From: Puccinia triticina
Taxonomy: Eukaryota
Assembly (NCBI GenBank): GCA_026914245.1
Contig: CP110440.1
Location: forward strand, 2,232,001 to 2,296,000
Direction: 5' to 3'
DNA: 64,000 nt
Shown: positions 46,578 through 59,800 of the stretch, piece after piece
Layout of the letters: each line of letters opens with the position of its first letter
How positions within the stretch are numbered: the stretch's first letter is position 1
Notes under the pieces: generated by a model
The model's database searches: none
What the model was told of the DNA's origin: nothing
The model's input: the letters and a program-made list of their open reading frames with translations, nothing else
Translations under genes and position numbers: made by a program

Positions 46578-47783
46578 GTACTCATCTTGATGATTACAAT
46601 GGACCAGCCATTGATAATGTGGGAAGTAGCTAGCTGTTGATGGCCAGTACTGACTATCCCATTAAGAGGTACACACCTCTTGATGGCTGACCAGCCTTGG
46701 CCATTGAGTTATGAGGGATATGTGTTTGGGGGTGCAACCAATGGGAAGTTATAGTTTCACGTGAAATTTTTTGTGTGAAAAGGGACTGAAGGCGGGGATG
46801 GAGGAGTTTGTGGTGAGTCTCTAGGAGTACATACATTTAGGGAATCATGCACAAAATCTAGGGACAGTCATGAATTTTGGACCCAAATAGCGCCCCCAGT
46901 GGGTCAGGTTGAAGCGGTAAATTCCTGAAAATTCCAACTAGGGCCCCAATTTAGGGCCTGTGGTGGAAATGCTTCAAGATGGTGCATATATTGCAGGATG
47001 AGTAAGGAGATCAGATCTCCAACCTCTTGAATCATGAGTATCTGGTCCACAACATGTATGTGTAAGCTATGCACATTGGAGCCTGCGCTAGAGATTGCAC
47101 ACTATGGCTCATAACATGAATCTGTTATGGACTGATCTATGGAGAGAAAGATCTTGTCTGTGTCAGTTTTTTCTGGGGGTTCTGGGGTTCTGGATCCTAA
47201 GTTGGAAGATTGCAGATTCAGAAGCTGCCTGGATCCACAGCCTCTTGAACTATGAGTGTGTGGACTGTGAAATTAAGGTGTTCAAAGTTGAAATCATAAA
47301 CTTTTCAATACATTAAAAATCATTAATTACGTTGAAAAATCCTTTTTTTGTGCAGAACTTCCCCACTGTAGGGTCTGTGAGTGGTGCGCGAAGAAAGGAG
47401 TGGTTGGCGTAATTGATGATCTTTAATGCAAGGCACTGCCTGGGAGGACAACAATCATGGCAGAGCCAGTCAATACCTCCCAGCGGCCTTACCGGTACAC
47501 CTCTCCGACATCAGGCCCCTTTTATATTTGTCGTGCCCAAACTGTTGCCCCTGAGGGCGGAGAAAAGCTTTTGTCCAACCCAGCCAGCTGTTCCAACCTT
47601 GGATTGATAAATAGTATCCAAATGCGGCTCACAACAGAAATTCGAATGTCTATCAGTTACCCATTTCAACTGAGCAAGGTTCCGAATGCACTTTTCATGA
47701 ATGCTGTGTCCGTTGCTCTGTTTTCTTAATCCAGTAATTCCCTGTTTGCGTGAGATGCATAGTTGATTCCTGATTATGTTCAA

Positions 47784-50700
47784 CAACGCTGGACCTGTAC
47801 GTTACGGTTACCGGGTAACGTACAGGTACCGTAGATTTTTTTGGTACTTTACGGTACTTTTTTTTGTAATTCTTGTACCGTTTGTTTCGTTACAGTACGC
47901 TTTTTTCTTACATGTTTTTTTGAGGGTGCGTTACGGTATGCCCGAATGAGGAATATCAAAATTAAAAAAGCGGTAACAGCAGATTCGGCTTGTTACCGGT
48001 GATACCGGAACTAGTAAAGCTTTTGCCATTGGCAGATGGGAGGAAGGAGAAAAGACATTCATTTTTTGCTTTTGGGAAGCAGAACATTCAAAGCCTTCCC
48101 AGCCTCGCTGAACTCCCCTGTCAGGGGGACATCTTCGCGAAGCCACATCAGGCTGCTCACAGATCGCGACATTGTTGATGGCAACAAAGCACCGCGATTG
48201 GAGCTGCATACATCAGAGGCCGCAGAGAAAAGCCTCTCAACTGCGCAAGAGCTAGCCGGGGTCCCAAGATACGCACAAGCCATTACCGCAAGGGTTGGGT
48301 AGGTTTGGTGGTGATCCTATTGACGAGTCACAAACCACATGTGTGTCAGCCAAGATCATGTTGGAAAAGAGTATAGGACTAAACTTACCTTCCACCAAGT
48401 CAACGGATAATTTTTGTCTCCTATCGCACCTTCTTTGAATGATAGTTCGGCAGACAAGTAAGATTCAATCTCATTTGCCTGAGCTGTTGGTTGGACGGCC
48501 ATACGTGAGGCGAGACGTGACATCAAGGAGTTTCCAGCCGGCGGTTTCTTCACTGGTTTTTCAATGATAGATATCTCGGGATCAATAGGTGCCTTTTCTT
48601 TGGCAAGTTGGTCCTGCTGAGCTTTTGTTTTCTTGAATTCCCGCTGTATTAGACTGAGGCTATCTGTAACTTCTTGGCTATCGGAGCCAAAGGCAAGCTC
48701 GAAGAGGTGCATCCTGAAGCAAGGATGCATCATTGTAGCAATGATAAGCGTCTCGCATTGCATGGCTTCGTCTAGATACTTTTCCACTTGCTTGTACATA
48801 GCTTGGTACATCGGGTACAGAGCGTCGCTCTCCGCGGCAAGTTCAATCTTTTCTGTGAGACTCTCCTTGAGCTCCAGATATTTCGGGATAACATGAGCAC
48901 CGGTCGCCGAATCTCCCTCCATCTCGGATGTTAACTTGACAAAAACCTGTAAATGAAGCAATGGTGGTGTATCAGTACCCTTCAGAAGCAAAGACCGCAG
49001 TGAAAGTAGCAAACCTCAAGCTCCGAATTCAGATTGTCAATCTGCTTCCAGTCGCGAGGCAAGAAATAGATATCTGAAAATATTCCACCATCTTTTTGCG
49101 CCTGATCCTGCTTGAGTATGTGGTCTATGACATCGCGGGCATCAATCGCTTTCTGGTAACTTTGGTATTTGATATTCCATCGAATACCATAACCAGCTAT
49201 CAAAGGAGTAACTTTTATCTTGAGATCTTCGGCGGTTTGCAGAAAATTTGCCCGCTGTGCAGCTGAGCGGGTGATCTGCTTGATCACAATATCAAGCTAC
49301 GAAAAAATTGGAGGGGTCAGATGTGAGCCCAATCCTCAACACCAAAAAATGATAACTGACCTTCTCGGTTAGTTCAAGCAGTTTTGTAGACTTTGCATGG
49401 GTTTCCGACCCCACGGGGTTTGTCTTCTCCGCCTCGCACAACAATTCCTCATCAGCATTACCATAGTCACTTTCAGAGCCCGCATCGTAGTCTTCAATCG
49501 CTGGTGCGGCCGCTGTCTTCTCAAGTGCTGCTGTTTCTTCAGAGGGAGATTCAGGTTCCAATTCCTCGACAACTCTTCCCAAGACTGGGAAAAATCCGAG
49601 AACGGATTCCTTTGTCTTTGATGGCGGGAGGGTCTTCAAGGACAGCGCCTGGAGTCCGGCGTTTACAATCAGGGCAAGCTTGTGGCAGAAACAACGGATA
49701 TGCATTGTTTCTGGATCCCAATTGGGCTGGGAAAGATCCTCGCCATATTCGGTCGTAACTTGGGTTCTGGGGTCATTGTAAAAGAGCTCGTACATGGCAC
49801 TTGCCATGGTGTTATTGTTGGATCCGGAGTCGGTGGTCTGAGCCAGCATGTAAGACAGACCGGAAGGATTAGCACAGGCTTGGGAACAACTAAAAAAAGT
49901 GACCCGGAGACTTATCTTACGATACAGCTTGCCTTTTCTAAGAACGCAAGCAATCGGACGAGCTAGAAGGTGTCCCAAGTGCCTCCAGGGAATCATCTTC
50001 AATGTTAAATGACGGACTACATATTTCCAATCAGAATCCACATAAGCCACGGCCGCGCCAATGAACGCAAATCGGTTCCCCTTGGTTGTCCAGACGTCGT
50101 GGATAAGGGAGAACTTGGTGTCCAGATTCTTTGAGTGTGGAAATGAAATTAACTTTTACACAAAAAAATCATGTACAAATAAAATTACAAACATTCAAAT
50201 CCTCGAAAACCTGCAACTTGAGCATTGAGTGCAGATACCTTGCCTCATTTGCCGACCATTTCCTCCCATAAAGGACTGCTTTGCTGTTTGCGTACTGAAA
50301 AGCAGCGCGAAGGATTGGATCCTCTATGCGCGACCAGGGCAGGGCTTGGCGAATCTGCCAGATCATGATGATCTGATTCAAGACTCGATTGACAAACTGG
50401 GGTTGGGCTTTCAGGAATTGAGCTATTCCAGTCTGCTTCACGTTGCCACTGCCATCCAGTTTCCTCCGTTCGGCGACAGAAAGAGGAAGTTTTGCACCTG
50501 CCTTGATGGCATTAGCGCGGTTGACACAGCCACGGTCGTTTCTTCCCATCTGTGTAAAGCCGTCTCGATGGCTGACAAGGTTTCCATTGCTATCAGGGCA
50601 GCGACGATAGATCATGCTGCACCACTTGCATTTGAAGTTCAGAAGAACTCCTTCTGGGTCGCCTTGCTTATAGGTTGGCGGGTGGTAGAATTCCTCGATC

Positions 50701-51581
50701 TTGTCAAACTCATCATTCTTCTGTTTCTTCATCCCCCGGGGCTTGATGACTATCGATCCTTCGTCGGAATCCTGATCATAATTCAAGGCAGGGTCTTTAC
50801 CCGTTGCCTTGGAGGATAGAAAAAAAAACCAAGCCCAAATAGTCAGCTGAATAAACCAATCAAAACTCTACAGATCAAGGGTAGGCACTTGATTGACATA
50901 CCAGCGACGCGCCAACACTGGAATTCCCTTTCTTTTTTTTTTGACGGCGTTGTTTCTTCTTTTTGGGCTTAGATTTCCCTTGAGGCGCTGTTGATCCTTC
51001 CGCAGACTCTGAATCATCCTCATCGGGGCGGCCATGATCTGAGCCTGAGGACTCTGCGACTGCGGCCCGTTTCTGAGCAGCTGGGCGGGTTAATTTAACG
51101 CGTGAGTCGTTTGATGTGGGCACCATGTTTGGTGTGTTAACAATCGAAGATGCTCGTGAAGAGCGTCGTCGTGGAGGCTGACCAAGAGACTGGTCAGTTT
51201 CATACCCGGGGTTATTATCGGCGCCGGATGGGTTGTTTGGATTTGCCTGTGGCCCTTGCGAGACCATTTTTGGTTGTGGTGGATTGAAGAGGCTCTGATG
51301 GGGTTGCATGTGCGTGGGAAGGGGGATAGGAATGATCTGATACTCCTAGAAAAAATTTCTCATCCGATTGGGGTTTTTCACCCCTGGTACCGCGGTAACC
51401 AGGGGTGAAATGCGTTACAATAACAGTAATCAGGGCAATAAAAAAAAGCAACCATTACGGTACGGCCCCGACCCAGAATAGCGCGGTACTAGTACCGCTA
51501 CCGTAAAGCAGACGGGCAGGAACTCCTGTACAGTACGCAAAATGGCCGGTTACCGTACAGTACCGTACCGGCCCAGCGTTG
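47784..51581 (-). mobile_element. hAT DNA transposon
   Basis: TIRs CAACGCTGG(A/G)CC..GTACG with GTAC/GGTTAC-rich subterminal repeats. Flanking duplication TGTTCAA(C), 7-8 bp depending on register. Confidence 0.9.
48059..51309 (-). CDS. hAT transposase; multi-exon
   Basis: BED-like FKCKWC..NLVSH, HDVWTT, TTDSGSNN, HIRCFCHKLAL, IRWN and the hATC dimerisation motif PASSCAVERLFS. Confidence 0.9.
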
Positions 51582-53328
51582 TGTTCAACTTCCATCCTTG
51601 GCGCGTACATATGCCAGCTGATCCCAAATTTGGCTCACACAAACTGGCCAATAGAATTTGTAAATTTTTTGTGTTTCCCCGCCTGATGATACTGGCCGCT
51701 ATTGCCTGGTACAAAAGTTCCATCCGGATGCACTCATCAACCAACTCCCATTTCCAGTGAGAAACAACACCACCGCTGCAAATATCCAGTCCGCAAAAGT
51801 CAACACCCTGTGTAACTGCAAATTGATTGTCACCCAAATTTTCTCAACATACAAGAGAATACAAGCTCACTTGATTGGAAATGTCTTGCATTGATTGGTG
51901 TATTCAATGGATTAGCATTCTGTCATTTTTGGATCTCTTCAAATTTACGACTTGTTGGTCGGGCATCCAGCTCACACAAACAATTTGGTATGGGCTTTCT
52001 TTGGTCACATTTCTTCCAGAGTACTTCCATCTACATCACTTCCACTGATCCTGCAACCCACAGTTTGATGTACAAAAGCCCTCTCCTTGACCGACTTGTT
52101 GAAGCCAACAGGCCAATCTTACTCCAGATGAATTCCCAGGAGGCCAATACCAAGAAGCTCCTGGACGGCTTCACAAAATTTATGTGGATCATGAACTTCC
52201 AAGGCTTCCTCATTGTCAGAAGAGAACACGTTTGACCACATATTTTCTTTTTCCAGCTCGCCAGCATTAACAGAAGAACCAACTTACCAACCGTCGCCTT
52301 ACTTAAGCTCACGGCGTTCCTCAAGCAGTTGCCTCGCCGTCACCGTAGAAGCACCTCAAGAATCTTGAATTCCAATCGCCCGCACAGGTTCCGCTGGTCC
52401 CTTGACAAAACTAACCTTGAATCTATTGGCTGATTTTGTTTTTTTCTCTATTGAATTGCTTCTGGTACTCTCCTGTTTTCAAGACAAGCTTGTTGTAGGC
52501 AACCAGGCAGGTACTACAGCCTCAGACAAGGCCGTCAATTTTCATCATGGACTGGTTGGCGCGGCTGAGGGACCAACTCTCAATGGCGCCCTTGAGGCCT
52601 ACCTGAAGCTTCTGCTGGAGCGAGAGGAGTGGGGCAAGGAGGGCAGCGCGGACCCCCTTCTGAGCCATCCGTCCGTCCCAACGCAGGACCATCTGAACAT
52701 CCGTATCCTCGGCTCGCAAGACCCAACTCACCTCAAAAGTCCCCTTCTCCTCAATTACATTGTAGCCGATTTTCGTCAGCCAAGTGACCAGAGAGGTAAT
52801 TTTCTCAAGGAGGACCAGATGCGCTATCCAGGCCGGCCAGGCCCAGAGCGCTTCCAGGCTGTATGAAGGCCTCCTTGTCAATCCCGCAGTGGGATTTCTG
52901 TCCACCCCTCCATATTCCATCTTGCCTAAATCAGAGAATATGAGACCCAGCCACCCCAATTCAGTATCTCTCACAACAGGATTTTCTTGCTGTTCATTTG
53001 ATGCCCCATTGGAATACATATACTCCCCACAGGGTTCCAAGTAGAGTCCCCATAGATACATTGTGTAAAGTAGCAAAATAACAGTATCTGCAAAAACAAC
53101 TCACAAGGCTTTTCTTAACCACTAAATTTCACCAACATATCCTTCAGCTGTATTTCTCTGAGTTAATTAAGATATTTCCTCCTCCATGGTATTTCAAAAA
53201 ATTATGTTTGTCAATAGCAAATTCATTGAAACACAATCAAACATAATTCCAGATGAATCTGCCAAGGCATAATTTTCTTTTTATTGTCAGGTCATCCACC
53301 AGGACAAGTTTTTTTTTGCTATATTAGA

Positions 53329-53488
53329 GGCCCCGTTTGGCTGCCGCGTTATATGTGATAAATGGGCTTATTTGTCACGCGCAACCCCCAGGGGGTCAAA
53401 GTTTTTGGTGGAGACGGGGGGCAAACTTTGGGTTGCACGTGATAAATTTGCACATTTATCACGTATAATGCGGCAGCCAAACGGGGCC
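53329..53488. mobile_element. Short PIF/Harbinger-type MITE
   Basis: TIR GGCCCCGTTTGGCTGCCGC.TTATA.GTGATAAATG. Same 12-bp terminus as the 40925 element; TSD imperfect. Confidence 0.8.
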
Positions 53489-54844
53489 ATAAATATTTCA
53501 TTGTTTGCCAATGTGATTTATTCCTGAGAAATTGAAACATTGCATGGCAAGTAGAGAGTGATGTTTATGGTTTGAAAATGCATTCTTTTTTTCAACTTTA
53601 CAGGTCCACCTGTGAACTTGGGGTTGCTCCATGACTAATTTGCCCCAACTCAGTGGTTTGACCAAGAATGCTGAATTTCCTCTTTTGTTACAATTTTCAT
53701 TACACCAAAATAAGAAAGTAACAAGAACTGTTGGTTTATTATTCTGTGCCAGGTTCATCTTTTGCGGCAGACGTGATGAGTTAATTTTCTGCGGCGCAGC
53801 CGCAAGTTCCCTAGTAAAATCATAAAATCATAAAACTTTCAAGTGGTGATTTCATATGTACCATTCTAGAAATGTTGCTGTAATTTGAGTGTTTGGATGG
53901 TATATATTTTTTTCAGCTTATAATTTTATGATTTTATGGTGTTATGATTTTATGCAAGTCAACTTTGAACACCCTAAATGTATGTCAAAGTTTATGTACA
54001 TGGAAATTCCCCCTCAATAGCTCATAACATACTTCATTGCAAAGCCACATGTGAATGCTGGCACATTGCTTGATTCTTTGTGGTCAAAGAGAACTCCTAG
54101 AGTTTTTACAAAATTTGGAAGCCACAGAAAAGTTTTGTGTAACTTTTGGACCAAATTCTACAATTCATTCTAAGGGCCTGTAGTGCTGTACCATGGGCCT
54201 CAATTTTGAAAAATTTCAACTTTTTTTGCCCTGTACACAAAAATTGAAAACTAGTGGAGAGTTCAAATGTTGAAATCCTTCACATTTGGGCTCCAGCCTA
54301 CATTTTGGCCAGGCTCAGTTTTTGTCCCAAGAAGTTTTGAGGCAAATAAATTTGGAAAATTTCAATTTTCATGTATTATCCAGGGGGTTCAGGGGATTGG
54401 TTGGGTGTAAAAAAACCTGAGGCCCGTCCAAGTCCTCCCTCAAACCATCAATCATGGCTTCCGACATGCTACCGCAAGGGCGGCCTGCTGGCTGTTGCCA
54501 ACACCAACCTACCACCGCAAGGGTGTCATGCTGGCCGTCACTGACGCCAACCTGCTCCTTGGCAGACTCATCCCGTCCCATTTCTCAAGGATCTTTGGGC
54601 CCAGGGAGGACCAGCCGTAGGAAACTTGTGTGTCCAGGTTTATGAAGACCGCCAACAAGACTATGTCTCAGCCAATCCGCGTGTCAACCAAAGTGTGTAG
54701 ATACGCAAACTTGAAGCACGTGCTGAGCGTGTTGAGGTACAAGTGTGTAAGCGCTTGATAACCAACACGGAACTAATGAGGCGAGGACGAGGGGAGTTCT
54801 AGAACCTCTGTGTCTGTGTAAGGAATCCAATTAGGAGTCCTTCA

Positions 54845-55376
54845 ATGTCCGTCAAGTGGGGCACAGAGGGGGGGACCTTGAGACAAGATCTAGTTCACGG
54901 GGCTGTTTATTGCAGAAGGAGGGGAAAATCTAGCCAGGAGAGATACTGGTTGGAGATCTCCCAGTATATACAAGAACCTCGGTGAGTGAAAAAGGAAGAA
55001 CAATAGGGAAAATGAAAATGAGAAGGGAAAGCTTACCTAGCTGGGAGAGATGCAAGTCGGAGATCTCTGCCGGCTAGGAAGTGGGGAAGGACTGGAATAT
55101 GTAGTCAACTGGGAAGGGGGCTTGTGATATCTCTTGTGAAACCTCGCGGTGCGCAGGGGCTTCACAGCCTGCTTTGCAAAGGATCTAACTCAGGGGAAGT
55201 CTCAGTACTTCCCTACTAACTACAAAGGAGGAGAGAGAGAAAGAAGAGAAAAGGGGAGAGGAATAAAGGAAAGGGGATCTCACTCACCTAACTCAGGGGA
55301 AGTCTTAGTTCTTCCCTAATGAGTTAGGAGGGGGCGGGGGAGGACTAAAAGGGTGCCCGCACCGGTGTCTGTGACA
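54845..55376 (-). mobile_element. LTR remnant related to 46132-46577
   Basis: Shared GCTAGGTAAG block and a TGTCACA start on the minus strand. Left limit uncertain. Confidence 0.4.
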
Positions 55377-56898
55377 GTCTGGTGATTGTTCCTGTGAGTA
55401 CGCGGGAGGCGCGGCTCACAGATGGGCCAGCATGTGAGCTTCCCCCAATGCTAGGAATCCTCTGCATTGTTGTCCAAGTGAATTTGACAAGTAAAATTTT
55501 TTTCAGAGCAAGTACCAGCAGTACACCACCTCAGGTACCACTCATACCCGCCCATACACGCACAGGCGGTACCAGGTGCCAACTTTTGGGCAAAAGTTGG
55601 CCCAGTTCTTGGTTCCCAGTGAAATCCTTAGGCAAACCTTGCATCAAAGGTTTTTTAAGCACATGCACACAAAAACGCACACCTAACTCTAAACCAAACC
55701 TTCAGATTGACTTCTGCCTGGGATGTCTGTTGTTTAAATGAAGGTTGGGTAGTGTGCAGAAATGTCCACTTCTGAATTCTTCAAGAATTCATTTCCAGGC
55801 TGAGTGATTATCAATGTCTTGGGTCTGTACTGCTACGTTCTGCTAGCCTTCAGCACTCCACAATGAGCCTGATATAAAGTGTAATAATCCGCAAGCAATG
55901 AAGCGCTGCACTCCTCAAGCAGAAGTCCACAGTAGCAATCAAGCAAGTAAGCAAAACAAGGGTCACCTAAAACTCTTCTAATACTCTAGTGGAGGACTTC
56001 CCGTCAAGTCTGGGAGCCTCCCAGATCTCAATTTACACACCCATACTCTTAATTTTTGGTAGCAGGGAAAATGTTTTTCTAACCCTACAGCTCATGACTC
56101 TCATGTGCACTGATTGTTGATTTAGTAGATGTCTTAATTTAGGAGCTATAGGGGCATCTAGAGCTCTCTAAATGCCGACAGAAAGTCCTCCAGTACATCC
56201 ATAAGTGAAGTACAATAATGAGTAGTAAGATGATGTGAGCCCTCCACACACATCTGACTCCATTCCCACCCAATCCCAAAATTTAACGCTTTCCTGCACT
56301 AGTCCATCATCTCTGCCCAACTTCTGCACTTCATTTTCCCAGGCTCTGCTCCTCTCCAAAGCTTGACCTCCCATGTCCTCTGCCTAGCCCTTGTCAGTCG
56401 GTATCTCACCAGTGCCTCCGCCCCAGCTCCACCCGCTGGTGAAACCCGCTCAGCTTACCTGGCTCACCTGCTTCCATCAGTCCCTGTGTTTGGTTTGTCA
56501 CAGTCCAGCTCTAACCATCTGCTCTGGTCCTCCGCGCAATACAAACTCTGCGGTCTGCAATCTGCATATTGTCCAACCCCTGCTTTCCGTGTGCATGTGA
56601 ATTTCCATAAGCGTTTGCTGTTGTGCTTTTCTGACATCATCCTCAGTGCTTATGTCACCAAATTCACTCTGAGCTCAGCTGCTTTTTCTTTCCCACCCGC
56701 GCTATTGCTGAGTGGACATTCTACCACACTTGTCAGTACAAATCACCACACTGTCTGTAACAACCCAGTGCTTGGTTGGCCCCTCCCTTCCCCCTCCATA
56801 CGGGCAAAGGGCAGTGGTCAAGGGCCATGGCACTGGCTGGTAGGGTAAAGAAGGTGCTCCAGTTCTAAATACAGTGACCCCGCCATGTAAGCATACAC

Positions 56899-59800
56899 TG
56901 TCAGATTCTGGGAAACGGAGTTGACCGCTTTCTCTCCTGTAAGTCTCCTTTGGGTCAAGCGGCGCTGTTGTCTCAACCAGCCATTTCCCAAGTTGACCAT
57001 TTATTATCCTAAAACCCTTACCGTAGCCTTAGCAAGCAATGTTTCAGCCTTTAACCCTGACCCCTGGTCAGGTGCGGCGCCTGTAGCTCCAGAACCCTGA
57101 ACGAGTCAGTGAGAATGGAGCACCGATTCGTCAGAACCCACAACCAGTCAGTACACTGACCTGTGACTATAAATAAGAGGACTGTCCCCGCCAGAAGCTA
57201 ACTGGTTCTTCATCTCCTCTTCACGCTTGCTTACCCGCTCATCCACACAGTTTCTCCAACACCTTTTCCTGCAATCTTCACGAGTAAAAGTCTAAACCTA
57301 CATAAACATTTCACACTTCTAATCTTGTCTCGCCTGCTTAGGCCTAATCCTGTCTTTGCCAAACCTTGAACCTAATATCGTCATCAGACTCATCCTGTCC
57401 TGTTCTAAATTCTCACTCTCGCTATCTTTGCGCTATCCCAATTCATTTTACACTTTTTCATTGTCATTGAATATCTTGTCCGGTCACCTTAATCTTGTCT
57501 CGCAGCTACCCAACCAAGATCCTATTGGCCGTACCATTCTTCTCTCACACCAACTACTCTTTGATCATACCCTTGCTCTTAGGTAAGAGCAAAAGATTGT
57601 TTTTCCTTGATTTGTCTCTTTCTTTAAACGGTCAATGATCTGACCCAAATAAAAATGCTCTTAGCTCTGCTTAATCTCACAGATTTACAGTCTCGAAGCA
57701 AAACGCCAGTACACCTCAAAATCCTCCAGAATCAACAAGAGCAAGGACGAAAATGTCTTCGAGCAAAGAAGAACTGTTGACTCTTCCCATGCTTACGGGC
57801 AGCAGCAATTACCCAATGTGGTCGCAGCGATTGACGACTTATCTTGGTCACAAGGATCTCCTCACCACCGTCAACACTGATCCGGGCGCCAATCCAAATC
57901 AAAGCACGACCAAAAAGCTCAACGAGGCTGCTTTCATCATCAGCTCAAAGATAGGAGATAGGATATATCATGGGATTGTCAATCAAGAGCGCGCATCGAA
58001 TGGGTACGCCATCTGGGCCAAAGTGAAAAGGATGTACGGTTCCAACACCATTCACAATTGGATCCGAGCTACCAATAAGTGGAACAACCTCTTCTTCAAC
58101 GGCGATATCAATCAGTTCCTTGATCTCGTAGAACTATCCCTTGCCGAGTTTGCTGCAATCGGAAAAATCATCTCTGAAAGTGACATCTGTGGTTTCATAA
58201 TTGCCAAGATTTCTTCAAAAAGACCAGGGCTGACCGACCCTCTCCTCACCAATGAGGCCCTGCAAAACGACTTGGAAGCCCTCATCGAGAAGCTCAGAGA
58301 CTTGGCCAACCACGAAGATCTGACCCACAAGCCCAACCACGGTGAAAGGACCGCTGTCGCCTTGGCGAGCAACTCCCGCGTCAGGCCGCCTCCGCGATGC
58401 AAAAAGGTCCACAACCCAAACGCAACTCACCCTGAGTCAAAGTGCTGGGCGCTGCATCCTCACCTCAGACCAATCCAAGATCTCCCTGCAGCAAGCAGCA
58501 ACAACACGACTGCGCCCGCCCAGTCATCCCCTCAAACGACCGCCTACGAGACGCCTGCTTTTGCCAACATCACCACGGCGCAGTGCCTTCTTACCAAGCC
58601 ACATCAGCTCGCTCCAGTCCTGGACTCTGGAGCCTCCCACCACATGCTCAACGATCTGGCGTTCTTCACTGAAACGGAAATAGTCAACATTCCTATCAGT
58701 ACGGGAAAGGGTGCAAACGACCTTACGGCGACTCGTGGGGGAATAGCAAAAATCTTTCAATCAACAGGGAAGACAGTTGTCCTCAAGAACGCTCTCTATG
58801 TTCCAGGACTCACGCGGAACCTCATCTCGGTTGGACAACTCATGGAGAAAGATATGCGAATCCGAAAAGTCGCAAGCACCTATGAAGTCGTTATTGATGA
58901 TTCGGTCTTCTTCTCCTGCAGCCTGATCAACGGCATCTTTGAGTTCAACTCGCCTATAGGACCAGTCTCTGCGCTTGTAACCAGTCTATCCAGCAAAACC
59001 CATTCCTTGAACACCTCTCCCTTCCAAACCTGGCACATCCGACTAGGACATGCAAGCACAGCCAGAATAAGGATTGCGGTCAACGATGCCTCCCTCAGCC
59101 CTTCATCGGCTTGTGATTCTTGCATGCTCGGTAAAACCTCCAAGCTCCCCTTCAAAAGCAGCTTCGATTCCACAAGGAACCCTCTTGAAGTGATCCATGG
59201 CGACTTGGTTGGTCCAATCACCCCATCAACCAACTCAGGAGCCAAATACTTCCTCACCTTGGTTGACCAACACACCAGGTACATCAGTGTAACTCTCCTC
59301 AAAGAGAAATCGGCTGCGTGCGAGGCGATCATCGACTTCAAAAACTTCTTTGAAAATCAAACCGGCTTCAGAATGAGAAAACTCATCACCGACGGAGGAG
59401 GAGAATTCGTCAACAAATCACTCTCTGAGCAACTTAAAGTCGCCGGCATTCAACACAACGTCGCACCACCTTACACTCCTCAACACAACGGGGTGGCTGA
59501 ACGGGCCAACAAGACCATAATCAACATGGCTCGATGCATGATGATTCATTCCAATCTGGCCAAAGAATGGTGGGGGGAGACCGTCAAAACTGCAATGATG
59601 ACAACCAACTGTCTTCCCTCCATTCGTCGCAGCAAGATCTCACCACTCGAACAGCTCTTTAAAAAGATCCCGAACATCAAATTTTTCAAGCCGTTCGGGT
59701 GCAAAACTTGGATGGTAAAACCAAAACAACTTCGCACCGGAAAATTCGACCCCGTTGCTTGGGAAGGCATCTTCATCGGGTACAGCAATGACTACTCGGC

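Noticed and set aside
51590..53076. Coding-like remnants, including ORFs 52402-52866 and 52522-53076
   Set aside because: Multiple stops and no recognisable domain; cannot be assigned.
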